From the IMG/VR virus record IMGVR_UViG_3300027881_000018, positions 1 through 53,002 of that record: a stretch of DNA of 53,002 nt; one strand, given 5' to 3'. A program made the position numbers and the translations under genes. Source of the stretch: a virus (Duplodnaviria; Caudoviricetes). The notes beneath the pieces were generated by a model. That model saw nothing but the letters and a program-made list of their open reading frames with translations. It had not been told where the DNA came from and did no database searches. The first letter of the stretch is position 1. Every line of letters begins with the position of its first letter. Of the stretch, positions 26,050 through 34,862 are shown in pieces.

Positions 26050-26312
26050 GCATCGGAGCCGGATACGCCTGCGTGCCGTGTCAGACCTACCTGCGGCCCC
26101 GCAAGAACGAGATCGTGGTACTCGAGACGGACGACAAGCACAGGCCCTACAAGATCTGGCTGGCCGACCTGTGGGAGTGTCCCGACTGCGGCCATCAGGT
26201 CATTCTCGGCTACGGCCTGCACCACATCAGCGAGCACTACGAGCCCGACTTCGACCGCTACCTGAAGCGAGTCACGCACACGATCCTCGGCTGCCCGAGG
26301 GGTCTGCCATGA
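26046..26312 (+). CDS. Zinc-ribbon hypothetical protein
   Basis: CVPC...ADLWECPDCG. Confidence 0.65.
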   Translation: MSIGAGYACVPCQTYLRPRKNEIVVLETDDKHRPYKIWLADLWECPDCGHQVILGYGLHHISEHYEPDFDRYLKRVTHTILGCPRGLP

Positions 26313-26473
26313 GCCTGTCGCACGAAGCGTACTTTATCCATCCGACCATGACTGTCGAGCAGGCGGCGAAGGAGGCCAACAAGTACCACTGCTGGCTCAA
26401 GCTGCGCTGGACTACCGACGGCGGCCTGCGGGTCGTCGCAGTTCCACGTGAAACAGAGGAGCGGAAGCCATGA
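26309..26473 (+). CDS. Small hypothetical protein
   Basis: ATGA coupled both sides. Confidence 0.5.
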   Translation: MSLSHEAYFIHPTMTVEQAAKEANKYHCWLKLRWTTDGGLRVVAVPRETEERKP

Positions 26474-26676
26474 AGGTAACCGAGCAACAGGCCCGCAAGC
26501 TAGGCTGCCCGCTGATGCTTGGGAAGGGAGAGCGAAAGACCTGCTGTCGCGGATCGAGCTGCATGGCGTGGCGCTGGACCGACAAGCTAACCGAAGGCCC
26601 GGACTCGTACCGGGCTGAACCCGGCCCGACCGGATACTGCGGCCTCGCCGGAACACCCGAATGCGCCGGGAACTGA
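26470..26676 (+). CDS. Cys-rich small phage protein
   Basis: CP...CRGSSCMAWRW...GYCGLAG. Confidence 0.65.
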   Translation: MKVTEQQARKLGCPLMLGKGERKTCCRGSSCMAWRWTDKLTEGPDSYRAEPGPTGYCGLAGTPECAGN

Positions 26677-26706
26677 GTTCGCGGTGCAAAACAACTGGAG
26701 AAAATT

Positions 26707-27102
26707 ATGAACTTAGCAGAATACGTTGGTAAGACTACGCGACGTGGATCATGCGGCTGCGGCCGGTGCTTCGACGCGCCGGATGAGCCGAGCAAGCCGG
26801 ACGGTCACACGGTCAGCGTCGAGTTCTTCGACGTCAGCCAGCAGGGCGCGAACAAGGACACGTTCCTCGACCTCGTTCGGTCGGAGTTCCCGCACTGGCT
26901 CGACGGCAAGGAACACAGCTACCTTGAGACCGGTGCCGACATCGGAGATCAGGGGCTCGCCATGCAGGCGATGGCGCTCGGCCAACTGCTCGGCGCGTGG
27001 GAGCTGATGACCCCTAGCAAGATGCTCGGCACGGACGTCGACAAGGACATCGCGATGCAGATGGCGGGCAGCGGTTACGTCACGATCAGGTACACGTCAT
27101 GA
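26707..27102 (+). CDS. Hypothetical protein
   Basis: 131 aa, GGAG RBS. Confidence 0.7.
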   Translation: MNLAEYVGKTTRRGSCGCGRCFDAPDEPSKPDGHTVSVEFFDVSQQGANKDTFLDLVRSEFPHWLDGKEHSYLETGADIGDQGLAMQAMALGQLLGAWELMTPSKMLGTDVDKDIAMQMAGSGYVTIRYTS

Positions 27103-27488
27103 GCCTTGAGCTATCGGAGAAGACGGTCGGCATCTGGGCCGTCGATATGATGAACGGCAGCGACTTCCTCGGCGCCGTGTGGCGCGAGAGTGACAACTAC
27201 GTCATCGAGTATCGCTTCCGGTACTACGAGGACGACAAGGTGTTCGACAGCGAGGACAAGAAGAACTGGTACCGGGCCGAGATCCCGACCGACCGGGCCA
27301 GCGAGGAGGAGTTGATCGACGCTATGAAGGTGGTCGTCGAGGCGCTCTGGAAGAAGAGCGGCGGCAAGCGATACGAGATCCTGATGGGCTCCGGCGGCGT
27401 CGAGGAGATGACGTCCGCCCTGAAGAAGTGGCCGTCGATCTCGATGCTGACCCTGACGCCCGAACAGGCCAAGGAGCGCGGGCTGTGA
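27099..27488 (+). CDS. Hypothetical protein
   Basis: 129 aa, ATGA coupled. Confidence 0.7.
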   Translation: MSLELSEKTVGIWAVDMMNGSDFLGAVWRESDNYVIEYRFRYYEDDKVFDSEDKKNWYRAEIPTDRASEEELIDAMKVVVEALWKKSGGKRYEILMGSGGVEEMTSALKKWPSISMLTLTPEQAKERGL

Positions 27489-28126
27489 AGGTTCTCTGCG
27501 ACCAGCAGCGCACGCCCGAGTGGAACGACGCACGGCGCGGCAAGCTCACGGCCTCGTGCGCCAACCTCGCCCTCGCCAAGCGCGGCGGCAAGGGCCGCCA
27601 GAACTACATCGAGGAGCTTGTCATGGACATCGAGGGCATCCCCGACTTCGGCGACGAGGATAACCCGCCGTGGTACACCGACGGCGTGTACTACGAGTCG
27701 TGGGCTCGCGGCTGGTACTCGTGGACGTTCGATGCAGACGTGCGGCAAACGGGCTTCATAATCCACGACGAGTACCAGTGGCTCGGCTGCTCGCCGGACG
27801 GGATGCTCGACCCGGACGGCGGCATGGAGATCAAGTATCGCAAGTCGCTCAAGACCTTTCAGCAGCACGCGCAGATCGGCAAGGTCGCGGCCGTGATGCC
27901 GCAGGTGCAGACGACCCTGTTCATCACCGGGCGCCGTTGGTGGGACTATGTGAACTACTGGCGCTCGGACGACCACGAGCTTGAGAAGGGCCACGTTCAG
28001 CGGATCGAGCGCGACGACGCGTACATCTACAACACCCTGCTTCCGGCCTTCGTCGGGCTGTGGCGAGAAGTCGAGGGCTTGCTAGAGACACACGAGCGAA
28101 AGTACAATCCAGACCGCGCGCGCTGA
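27485..28126 (+). CDS. YqaJ / lambda-exonuclease-like recombination nuclease
   Basis: QRTPEWNDARRGKLTAS...LGCSPDG...MEIK...PQVQ. Confidence 0.9.
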   Translation: MKVLCDQQRTPEWNDARRGKLTASCANLALAKRGGKGRQNYIEELVMDIEGIPDFGDEDNPPWYTDGVYYESWARGWYSWTFDADVRQTGFIIHDEYQWLGCSPDGMLDPDGGMEIKYRKSLKTFQQHAQIGKVAAVMPQVQTTLFITGRRWWDYVNYWRSDDHELEKGHVQRIERDDAYIYNTLLPAFVGLWREVEGLLETHERKYNPDRAR

Positions 28127-28211
28127 CCCGCGCTCCGCTTATCCGGTTGTTGCTGCCCGCATCCACCCTTAGGCACTCGACAGGGCAACGGTCAGCGCGC
28201 CTTTCCATGTC

Positions 28212-28236
28212 AAAAAAAAGCGCCCCGAAGGGCGCT
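28212..28236 (-). terminator. Rho-independent terminator
   Basis: Minus strand AGCGCCC-TTCG-GGGCGCT followed by a T-run, just after the stop of 28242..28685. Confidence 0.85.
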
Positions 28237-28241
28237 CAGTC

Positions 28242-28685
28242 CTACTTGCCGCGAATGGCGATCTCTGTGCGCGAGATTTCCGCGGCCTGAATGTCACCGA
28301 GGGTGAAGCCGTGGTCGATAACGTTCTTCCACTCGCACTTCTTGCCCGGATAGCACAGCCAGAGCAGCTTGTTTCGCGGCTGATACTCCCACACGCGGCA
28401 CCACTGTCCGGCCTTGATGTTATAGACCATGCTCATCCTCATGGTGCTGAAGCTCATGTACGACCGGTTGTCGGACTTCCCGAAGAAGACCTTTTGCCCC
28501 TGTCGCCAGCTCCTCGCATCCTCGTGGAAGGGTACGAGCTCTGCCTTCCGGATCTCGCCGCATCGGGCTCTGTGCGCCTTCTTGTTTGCGGTGATGATCC
28601 TTCTCGGCTCGGCGTTTAGATCCTTGAGCAGCTCGCTTGCCTGCTCCTTGGTGTCACACATATCGAACGTGCTATGATTGCTCAT
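28242..28685 (-). CDS. Stand-alone hypothetical protein (moron-like)
   Basis: 147 aa from MSNHSTF; own RBS, promoter and terminator. Confidence 0.7.
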   Translation of the reverse strand: MSNHSTFDMCDTKEQASELLKDLNAEPRRIITANKKAHRARCGEIRKAELVPFHEDARSWRQGQKVFFGKSDNRSYMSFSTMRMSMVYNIKAGQWCRVWEYQPRNKLLWLCYPGKKCEWKNVIDHGFTLGDIQAAEISRTEIAIRGK

Positions 28686-28774
28686 GTGATTTTCTCCAGA
28701 GAATCTAGGGTCGGCCCAGTGCCGGCCCTTCCTTTTGCCCAAATTGTTAAAGAGCGTGTTCGTCCTACATATAC

Positions 28775-28783
28775 ATTATAACA
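28775..28783 (-). promoter_or_regulatory. Extended -10 promoter (TGnTATAAT)
   Basis: Minus strand TGTTATAAT in an AT-rich patch upstream of 28685. Confidence 0.6.
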
Positions 28784-28884
28784 AATGATATTTTTCAATC
28801 ACTTGCGAGCGTATTTAGGCGAAACTCGACCAAGCCGTTTGGGCTCTAAAGTCGTTTGCGCGAAGTTGCGCGAGGTTTTTGGGG

Positions 28885-29322
28885 TCAGAGGGCCGAGACG
28901 CCGAGTATCAAAATGGCGCCTGCATACAGCGTGATCTTCTCGATGAAGTGGTGTCTGCGCTCCTCCTGAAGAATCTCAAGCCGCAGGTCTGCGACGCGCC
29001 TCTGCGCCTGTCCGGTCTCGATTAAGGTTGCTGCGGCGTCCTTGAGGTCGTCGATCTGCGCGGCGTGTTCCTCGGCCAGCTCAGTATTACCTTCACCAGT
29101 GACCCGGTATGCCTCCAGTGCGCGAGCGCCGCTGAGGTCGAACGTCACTTCGTCCTCCGTGAAGCTCGTCTCCTGCGGCCACTCAGGCAGCCTGACGGGC
29201 CTTTCAGCGGGTGTCAGATCTACCTCGACCTTGGCCCACGGATCGGAAGCCGGGGCCGTGGCGCAGCCGCTACTTAGGCTTAGGCTTGCGCCAACTGCTA
29301 ACAATGTCAGCCATGCTCGCAT
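28885..29322 (-). CDS. Spanin-like lipoprotein with additional C-terminal TM helix
   Basis: Signal with lipobox LSSGC; C-terminal ITLYAGAILILGVSAL; overlaps i-spanin-like gene. Confidence 0.65.
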   Translation of the reverse strand: MRAWLTLLAVGASLSLSSGCATAPASDPWAKVEVDLTPAERPVRLPEWPQETSFTEDEVTFDLSGARALEAYRVTGEGNTELAEEHAAQIDDLKDAAATLIETGQAQRRVADLRLEILQEERRHHFIEKITLYAGAILILGVSAL

Positions 29323-29584
29323 CGCGTTCTCCGATCTGATTCAGCCGCGCCTTGGTCCGCTTCACGGCCTCGCGCGCCCGCGCGTCGTGATCGTTGGCCC
29401 TGCCGAGCGCGGCCTTTGCCTTGTCGAGCCCCTCGTCGACGTCACTCTCGGCCTCGGCGACGGCGCGATTCTTCCACTTCTTCGCAGACGCCTTCTCGCG
29501 GCTCACCTTCGCCGCCAACATGAAGGCCATGAAGCCGAGGACGGCAACGACCAGAGCGGATCCGGCAGACTTGAGCCAGCTCAT
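29270..29584 (-). CDS. Inner-membrane spanin-like protein
   Basis: N-terminal TM then Ala/Lys/Arg coiled coil. Confidence 0.6.
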   Translation of the reverse strand: MSWLKSAGSALVVAVLGFMAFMLAAKVSREKASAKKWKNRAVAEAESDVDEGLDKAKAALGRANDHDARAREAVKRTKARLNQIGERDASMADIVSSWRKPKPK

Positions 29585-29781
29585 AGCCGGTCGAGCGGCA
29601 GGACGTTCTCTTTCTTCTTGTAGCCGATGATGACCGCGATCAGGACTGCGGAGCCAGCTTCCATGCCGGGCGGGACGAGCGCGTAGTACTCGGGCCCGAA
29701 GATCGCCAGCCCGCCGAAGCCCAGACTTGCTACCGCACCAGAGATCGCGGCCGCTGTGATTGTCGATGAAGGCTCTTTCAT
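29581..29781 (-). CDS. Holin-like protein (2 TM)
   Basis: 66 aa, two hydrophobic segments, basic C-terminus GYKKKE. Confidence 0.55.
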   Translation of the reverse strand: MKEPSSTITAAAISGAVASLGFGGLAIFGPEYYALVPPGMEAGSAVLIAVIIGYKKKENVLPLDRL

Positions 29782-29785
29782 AACA

Positions 29786-30028
29786 CTACTCCCAAAGAAA
29801 ACTGTAAAAGTGCGGGATAATCCAAACGAAAAATCCACCGAGGCCAAGTCTGAATGCCCAGTGCTTTAATTTTGCATCGACGTCCTTACCCAATAAGCGC
29901 CGCGTGTAGTGCGACAGCGTGAAGTCGCCCTCTGCCTTGTCGTCGTCGATGATCGCCCTGTACTCGATCACGGCGAATCCCAGCACCCACAGGATCCATG
30001 CCCAAGCGTACTTTCCTCTCAGCTTCAT
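29786..30028 (-). CDS. Small membrane protein (2 TM)
   Basis: 80 aa, strong RBS. Confidence 0.6.
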   Translation of the reverse strand: MKLRGKYAWAWILWVLGFAVIEYRAIIDDDKAEGDFTLSHYTRRLLGKDVDAKLKHWAFRLGLGGFFVWIIPHFYSFLWE

Positions 30029-30047
30029 GTCGTCTCTCCTCTCAGAG

Positions 30048-30130
30048 ACCGCCCGCCCGGTGGCTCTAGGTTAGCGGCGTAGTCTAAGGGAAACAGCCCG
30101 TCGCCGACCATACCTGTCCAGACGGGCGAT
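30048..30130 (-). ncRNA. Putative structured RNA in lysis-cassette intergenic region
   Basis: 13-bp closing stem AUCGCCCGUCUGG/CCGGGCGGGCGGU with G-U pairs, inner AGGU/ACCU, CGGCG/CGCCG, GGG/CCC. Confidence 0.45.
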
Positions 30131-30594
30131 CAGTCCTCGGTGCCGCAGTCAGGCGCGATGATGATCGAGCTGCGTCTGTGCGCCATGATGTGCGCTACGG
30201 CGCGGCGCGAGCTGCGCACCATTCTCCTGTTGTCCGCAATCGTCCTGACGAGCCCCGGCGCTATGCAGCCGACGATCTGCTCGACCCAGTTAGCCGAGTG
30301 AATCAGGATCTTGTAGCGGCCCTCTCGGGTGCCTCGATCCTGCTTGGTGAAGTACACGCCCAGATCAGGATTCCGCAGCGCGAGCACGTGATCTCCGTTC
30401 TGCCTCTCGTACTCGATGAGCTCATAGTGACCGTCCGGCACGCACGACTCAAAGGGCATTCCACCCGCAGGGCCTGCAATCCAGCATCGTTCCAAGGTGT
30501 AGAGAAAGTCTTCATATTCAGGTAGGTACAGTCGGCCCTCGGTCTCGGTCTCCGAGTAGCAGTAGCGCTCAAGGTGCAGCACTTCATTTCCCAT
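30130..30594 (-). CDS. DUF5675-family protein, candidate endolysin
   Basis: LYTLE...SCVPDGHY...ILIHSANW...IVGCIAPG...SR; located in lysis cassette. Confidence 0.75.
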   Translation of the reverse strand: MGNEVLHLERYCYSETETEGRLYLPEYEDFLYTLERCWIAGPAGGMPFESCVPDGHYELIEYERQNGDHVLALRNPDLGVYFTKQDRGTREGRYKILIHSANWVEQIVGCIAPGLVRTIADNRRMVRSSRRAVAHIMAHRRSSIIIAPDCGTED

Positions 30595-30802
30595 CTGTCC
30601 GTCCTCGGTTCTTCCACAGGTCAACGATTTTATCATGGAGTCGGTCGATCTTGTCGTGGATTACGCGGTGATTATTGCGGTGGGTCTCGGCCATCTTGTC
30701 GATCTTCCTGTCCTGCCGCGCCTCGATCTTCCACCAGATCGTGAACGCCGCGATCAGCAGCGGCACGCCGACGCCGGCGACCCAAGGCAACCACGTGGAC
30801 AC
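30584..30802 (-). CDS. Single-TM membrane protein (holin/antiholin-like)
   Basis: 72 aa TM plus coiled coil. Confidence 0.55.
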   Translation of the reverse strand: MSTWLPWVAGVGVPLLIAAFTIWWKIEARQDRKIDKMAETHRNNHRVIHDKIDRLHDKIVDLWKNRGRTDGK

Positions 30803-31167
30803 TAAATCTCGCCTTCGACCCTACAGCCTTCAGTTCGGTAGCAGTCGATCTTGGCGTCCAGCGCCACTATGTCATCGCTGATCTCGTCCACGTCGTCTGC
30901 CGCGTTATCGTCGTCCGGGTTGCGCCTCGCGTCTCGCCTTGCCTCGCGCAGCTCGGACTGAAGGGCCTCCTTGCGAATGGTCAGGATCTGTATGGCGGTA
31001 CTCACCTGATAGACGTCGATCTTGTCCTCGATGCGCGCGAGGTCGGCGGCGAACAGCGGCCTGCCGATGCCGAGCGCCGTCCACACGAACACGACTATCG
31101 CGACGATGGTCCCGAGGCTCATTCCCACCACGGTGTTCTTGGTGATCTCTTTACCGGCTATGTTCAT
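30802..31167 (-). CDS. Single-TM coiled-coil membrane protein
   Basis: 121 aa; GGAGG RBS. Confidence 0.6.
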   Translation of the reverse strand: MNIAGKEITKNTVVGMSLGTIVAIVVFVWTALGIGRPLFAADLARIEDKIDVYQVSTAIQILTIRKEALQSELREARRDARRNPDDDNAADDVDEISDDIVALDAKIDCYRTEGCRVEGEI

Positions 31168-31184
31168 GTCGGCCCCTCCGTCTC

Positions 31185-31216
31185 TGACGGGCGAAGTTTA
31201 CCGCTTCGCGCCGTCG
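31185..31216. promoter_or_regulatory. Hairpin between tail-tip gene and lysis cassette
   Basis: GACGG-GCGAAG...CTTCGC-G-CCGTC; no T-tract. Confidence 0.35.
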
Positions 31217-31223
31217 GCTTCCA

Positions 31224-33812
31224 TCAGATCTGCCGCAGCCTGTATCCCTTGCCGCGCACCCCCCCCGACTCCTCCGGGTCAATCGTCCACTCGCCGTCGG
31301 CGAGCGTGGTGTTGCTGCCGTGGAATATATAGCCCCATTGCAAAATTATCAGCGTGTCGTCGACGGTGTTGTCCCTGTACACCACCGTGCCGATATTATT
31401 CATGGTCGTATTGGTAATTTCTGGCGTGTTATCTACCGCCGGTACGTGCATCTTTGCGGTCAGCGTAAGCGCCATCGTGTCGTCTCCGGACGCATCTGCC
31501 TCTACTCCCTTGTACGGAAAGTTAGTCGTGGGCAAGCCGACGAAAAAGTCGCCGCTGCCGAACTCTTCTAGATCGTTCGGGGTGTTGAACGAGGCCATCT
31601 GCCACACCTCGGTAAGCACCGTCGCCGGAGCCGTCAGGGTGTCGTTGGCGTCATTGGTGGCAACCCGGTGGAAGAATCGATGTGTATTGTCACCGGTATT
31701 GCTGAACTCGCCCCACGTCGGCGGACTGGCACTAACCTCAGCGGGAGTGGCCATCAGGCCCTTGCCGTAGACATGAACTAACAGCACGTCTCCTGCTACG
31801 CGGCTCGGTAGCGGTATCGCCGTGGCGCTGGTGCCCGACTGCTCCGTCGTGTGCGCGGCGGCTGTGTCGCGTAGATTGATCAGATCGGTGGTCTGCTCTG
31901 CGGTCAGGTCGAAGATCGCAGTCGCCAGCACGTTGCTGCCAAACTGATCGTCTGCGATCTCTAGCGTGATGTTCGCGGCATCTGTGCCTATGGTCGAGCG
32001 CACGATGGTCCATGACCGCGACGTCGAGAGCGCCTCCCACGTGCCCTCGGTTCCCGTGTCCAGCGTGCCGCTGTTCAGGGTCGCCCGTACCCAGTAGTCG
32101 CCGGGTATGAGCATCCACTCGTCGTCGGGCACTCCGACCAGAGTAAAGACGCCAGCGGCGTTGGCGTACTCTAGCTGGCCGCTGGAATTAAGTTGCACGC
32201 CGCTGGTCGTCGTCGCGTCTAGGCTACTGTTGTGGATGTTGCCGCCGGTCAGCTTTACCGGCCCCTGATCTACCGACAGCAGCTCGCCGGTCGGAGTGCG
32301 GACGGCGTAGTCGCCGACGTCCGGGTCAGCCCAGACCGTATCGTCCTCCTCCACCAGCGTGAGGCTGACGCCGGAGGCGTTCTTCTGCAGCACCCACTCG
32401 GTGACGAACCACTTGGTCAGCGGTGAGGTATCGAGGCCAAGCTCCGCGACGCTCAGCTGCACCACACTGCCCGGCTGAACGCGGAAGCACGACCAGTTGC
32501 CGGGGAATACCAGCGTGCGCTGAAGCCGGGACTGGCGCAGTCGGATGATCGCGTCGCGCTGCGCCTCGAACGAGTTGTTGGCCGTGTTGATGTCGAAGAT
32601 GTTGTAGCGCACCTCCGTGTCGCTGGCCTCGAAGCTGGCGCTGCGCTGCTCGGGATAGACGGCGGCGGTGTAGTTCCTGCTCGGGTCGATGAACTTGCCG
32701 CGCACACGGTTGTATCGCTCCTGCGAGCCGGTGCTGGCCTGCATCTGTATGGCGCCTGCAAGGTTGGCCTCGGTCAGTATTACGTCCGGCGTGATGGCGG
32801 CGCCCGCCCACATCTTCCACTGGCCCTGACTGAACACGGTGCGCCCGAGCATGGATGTCTCCAACATCTCCTTGATCTCGTCCCGACTGCGATTGGCAAA
32901 GAAGGTCAGGTTGCACGTGTATCGTTTCTGCTCCGTGGTCGGTGATGCGGGCGGAATCAGTACAAGTTCGTCGCAGATGTCTGCGGCGGCGGCGCACTTC
33001 GGCCAGTCGACGCGGTCGTCCTCCTCGCCCATGCCGACGATGTCCCACCGGATGAAGTCGGCCAGCAGCAGCGCGGGATTCTCAGACCACTCCCACGTGG
33101 TGTCGTCGTCCGTTCGGTGCGCGCCGCTGCCGGTAGTAGGCGGCGAGGTGGTGGGGTCGATGACCTGCGTCGAGTCGAGGCGCGGATCGTAGATCAGGTG
33201 GCCGTCGCATAGTGCTCGAAGGTTCTGCGGGATGCCGTTCTCATAGGTCGTGTCGCCCGCTTCGAGCGTCATCTTGGCGTACATCAGAGACCAGCTTCTG
33301 GCCCGATGGTCGCTCGTCCACAGCGACGGGAAGGTTCCGGTCATGCCGCCCATAGCCGTCTGCGTCGTGCTGCCGAGCCGCCGATCTATCTCCAAGACAC
33401 CAGCGAACTTTCCTCCGGTTACGGCTCCCACAGCAGTGGACATGTCGCCCGGCGAGCCGATTGAGATGTCGTCGTCGTCGATGCGGTAGGCGATGATCGA
33501 GTCGATCTCCCTGCCGTGCATGGCGACGATGCGGTGCAGATCCTCGCTGCCGTCGCCCGCCACCTGCGCCCAGATCAGCGGGCCGGAGATCATGTCGCGC
33601 CCGTAGGTGAACCCCTGCGGCTGCACCGTGCCCCTGACTGTCAGCAGCTTGCTGGACGCCGTCTCGGTGAGATCCAGCTTCGGTGCGGTGAGCTTTGACG
33701 CCAGCGACAGCAGCGCAATCCGGGCGAGGTTGACCGCGAGCACGTAGATCGCGCTGGCCCCGGCAGCCGTGCCGAACAGCACCGCGCCGAGGAAACCGAT
33801 TACCGGGCCCAC
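31224..33812 (-). CDS. Tail tip / central tail fibre protein (gpJ-like)
   Basis: YGR..ISG...IYDPRLDS...WEWSENPALLLAD...YNRVRGKF. Confidence 0.85.
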   Translation of the reverse strand: MGPVIGFLGAVLFGTAAGASAIYVLAVNLARIALLSLASKLTAPKLDLTETASSKLLTVRGTVQPQGFTYGRDMISGPLIWAQVAGDGSEDLHRIVAMHGREIDSIIAYRIDDDDISIGSPGDMSTAVGAVTGGKFAGVLEIDRRLGSTTQTAMGGMTGTFPSLWTSDHRARSWSLMYAKMTLEAGDTTYENGIPQNLRALCDGHLIYDPRLDSTQVIDPTTSPPTTGSGAHRTDDDTTWEWSENPALLLADFIRWDIVGMGEEDDRVDWPKCAAAADICDELVLIPPASPTTEQKRYTCNLTFFANRSRDEIKEMLETSMLGRTVFSQGQWKMWAGAAITPDVILTEANLAGAIQMQASTGSQERYNRVRGKFIDPSRNYTAAVYPEQRSASFEASDTEVRYNIFDINTANNSFEAQRDAIIRLRQSRLQRTLVFPGNWSCFRVQPGSVVQLSVAELGLDTSPLTKWFVTEWVLQKNASGVSLTLVEEDDTVWADPDVGDYAVRTPTGELLSVDQGPVKLTGGNIHNSSLDATTTSGVQLNSSGQLEYANAAGVFTLVGVPDDEWMLIPGDYWVRATLNSGTLDTGTEGTWEALSTSRSWTIVRSTIGTDAANITLEIADDQFGSNVLATAIFDLTAEQTTDLINLRDTAAAHTTEQSGTSATAIPLPSRVAGDVLLVHVYGKGLMATPAEVSASPPTWGEFSNTGDNTHRFFHRVATNDANDTLTAPATVLTEVWQMASFNTPNDLEEFGSGDFFVGLPTTNFPYKGVEADASGDDTMALTLTAKMHVPAVDNTPEITNTTMNNIGTVVYRDNTVDDTLIILQWGYIFHGSNTTLADGEWTIDPEESGGVRGKGYRLRQI

Positions 33813-33813
33813 G

Positions 33814-34236
33814 TCAGCCCCACCAACCGATGCGAACCCGCAGGCGATTCACGAACCCGACCGGCTTGGTCTTCCAGCCTGATCGCGCCTCGCTCAGCGG
33901 TACCCGCAGGATCGTGCGCCTGTACTTGACGGCAATATAGTCCGGCATTATCAGGCCGATGTTAGACGGCGGTAGCCACGCTATGTCTCCCACGTCAAGA
34001 TCGCTCATCGGGATGTCCTGCCCGAGGTGCTCGCTGATCGCCTCGTCGAGTCCTCCCGCAGCCCGCAGACGATCTACCGCGCTGCGGCGGCCGTCATATT
34101 GCAGCCTGATCAGGTAGTCTCTGTTCCAGCCCTCGCGCAGCGCCTCGAACACGAACGACACGCAGTCGAACTTGCCGAATTTGGCCGGTCTGGCCGCGGC
34201 CGCGATCAGATACTTGTGCAGGGCCCAGACGTTCAT
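33814..34236 (-). CDS. NlpC/P60-like tail-tip associated protein (DUF6950-like)
   Basis: FGKFDCVSF...VGDIA; position between hub and tip genes. Confidence 0.7.
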   Translation of the reverse strand: MNVWALHKYLIAAAARPAKFGKFDCVSFVFEALREGWNRDYLIRLQYDGRRSAVDRLRAAGGLDEAISEHLGQDIPMSDLDVGDIAWLPPSNIGLIMPDYIAVKYRRTILRVPLSEARSGWKTKPVGFVNRLRVRIGWWG

Positions 34237-34862
34237 TACGCCCAGCCGGGAGTGCCGCCGCCGGTGCTGCCGCCGCTCACCTCGCCGCCCCACTTGAGCT
34301 GCAGGTCGGCCATGCGGAATATGTACTCTCCGGCGAGGTCGCCGGTGAAGGCCGCCTGCAAGTCTTCGTCTGTGAAGCGCAGGTCGCTCGCTCCCTTGAG
34401 ATTGGTGGCCCGCGACTCGCAGGTGAGCGTCAGCGCGCCGATGCCCTGTCCGAGATTGATGTCCACCTTGTCCATGAAGCCCGACCAGAGGATTACCGGG
34501 TCGTCCAGCAGCTCGCCGTTCTCGTCGTCGAAGCCGAACATCAGCTCGATGTCGCGGCGGTAGTAGTCGTCGTCCAGCGCTATGTTGATGAACGAGGACT
34601 TGACGCCCGTTATGGCGATCTTGATTGACTCTGGCGCAACCGAGATCGACTCCTTGATGTCCGAGACGATACCGCCGAAGTCACCGATGCCGGTATACAG
34701 CTCGCTGCCAAATATCGGGTGCAAGGCGTTGCGCGGCCCGATCTCGGTGTGCAGCCTCTGGACGCCAGACGAGAAGGCCATTCGCGCGAACATGATCGGC
34801 CGCACGATCTGAGCGAGCACCGCGTTCTGATTCAGCGTCGTGATGGTGCGCTTGCTGGTCAT
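34236..34862 (-). CDS. Baseplate hub / minor tail protein
   Basis: YTGIGDFGGI...LWSGFMD...RFTDEDLQ...GD...LKWG. Confidence 0.75.
   Translation of the reverse strand: MTSKRTITTLNQNAVLAQIVRPIMFARMAFSSGVQRLHTEIGPRNALHPIFGSELYTGIGDFGGIVSDIKESISVAPESIKIAITGVKSSFINIALDDDYYRRDIELMFGFDDENGELLDDPVILWSGFMDKVDINLGQGIGALTLTCESRATNLKGASDLRFTDEDLQAAFTGDLAGEYIFRMADLQLKWGGEVSGGSTGGGTPGWA

Noticed and set aside
28118-28200. tRNA call for the 83-nt structured element
   Set aside because: No T-loop GTTC or cloverleaf spacing
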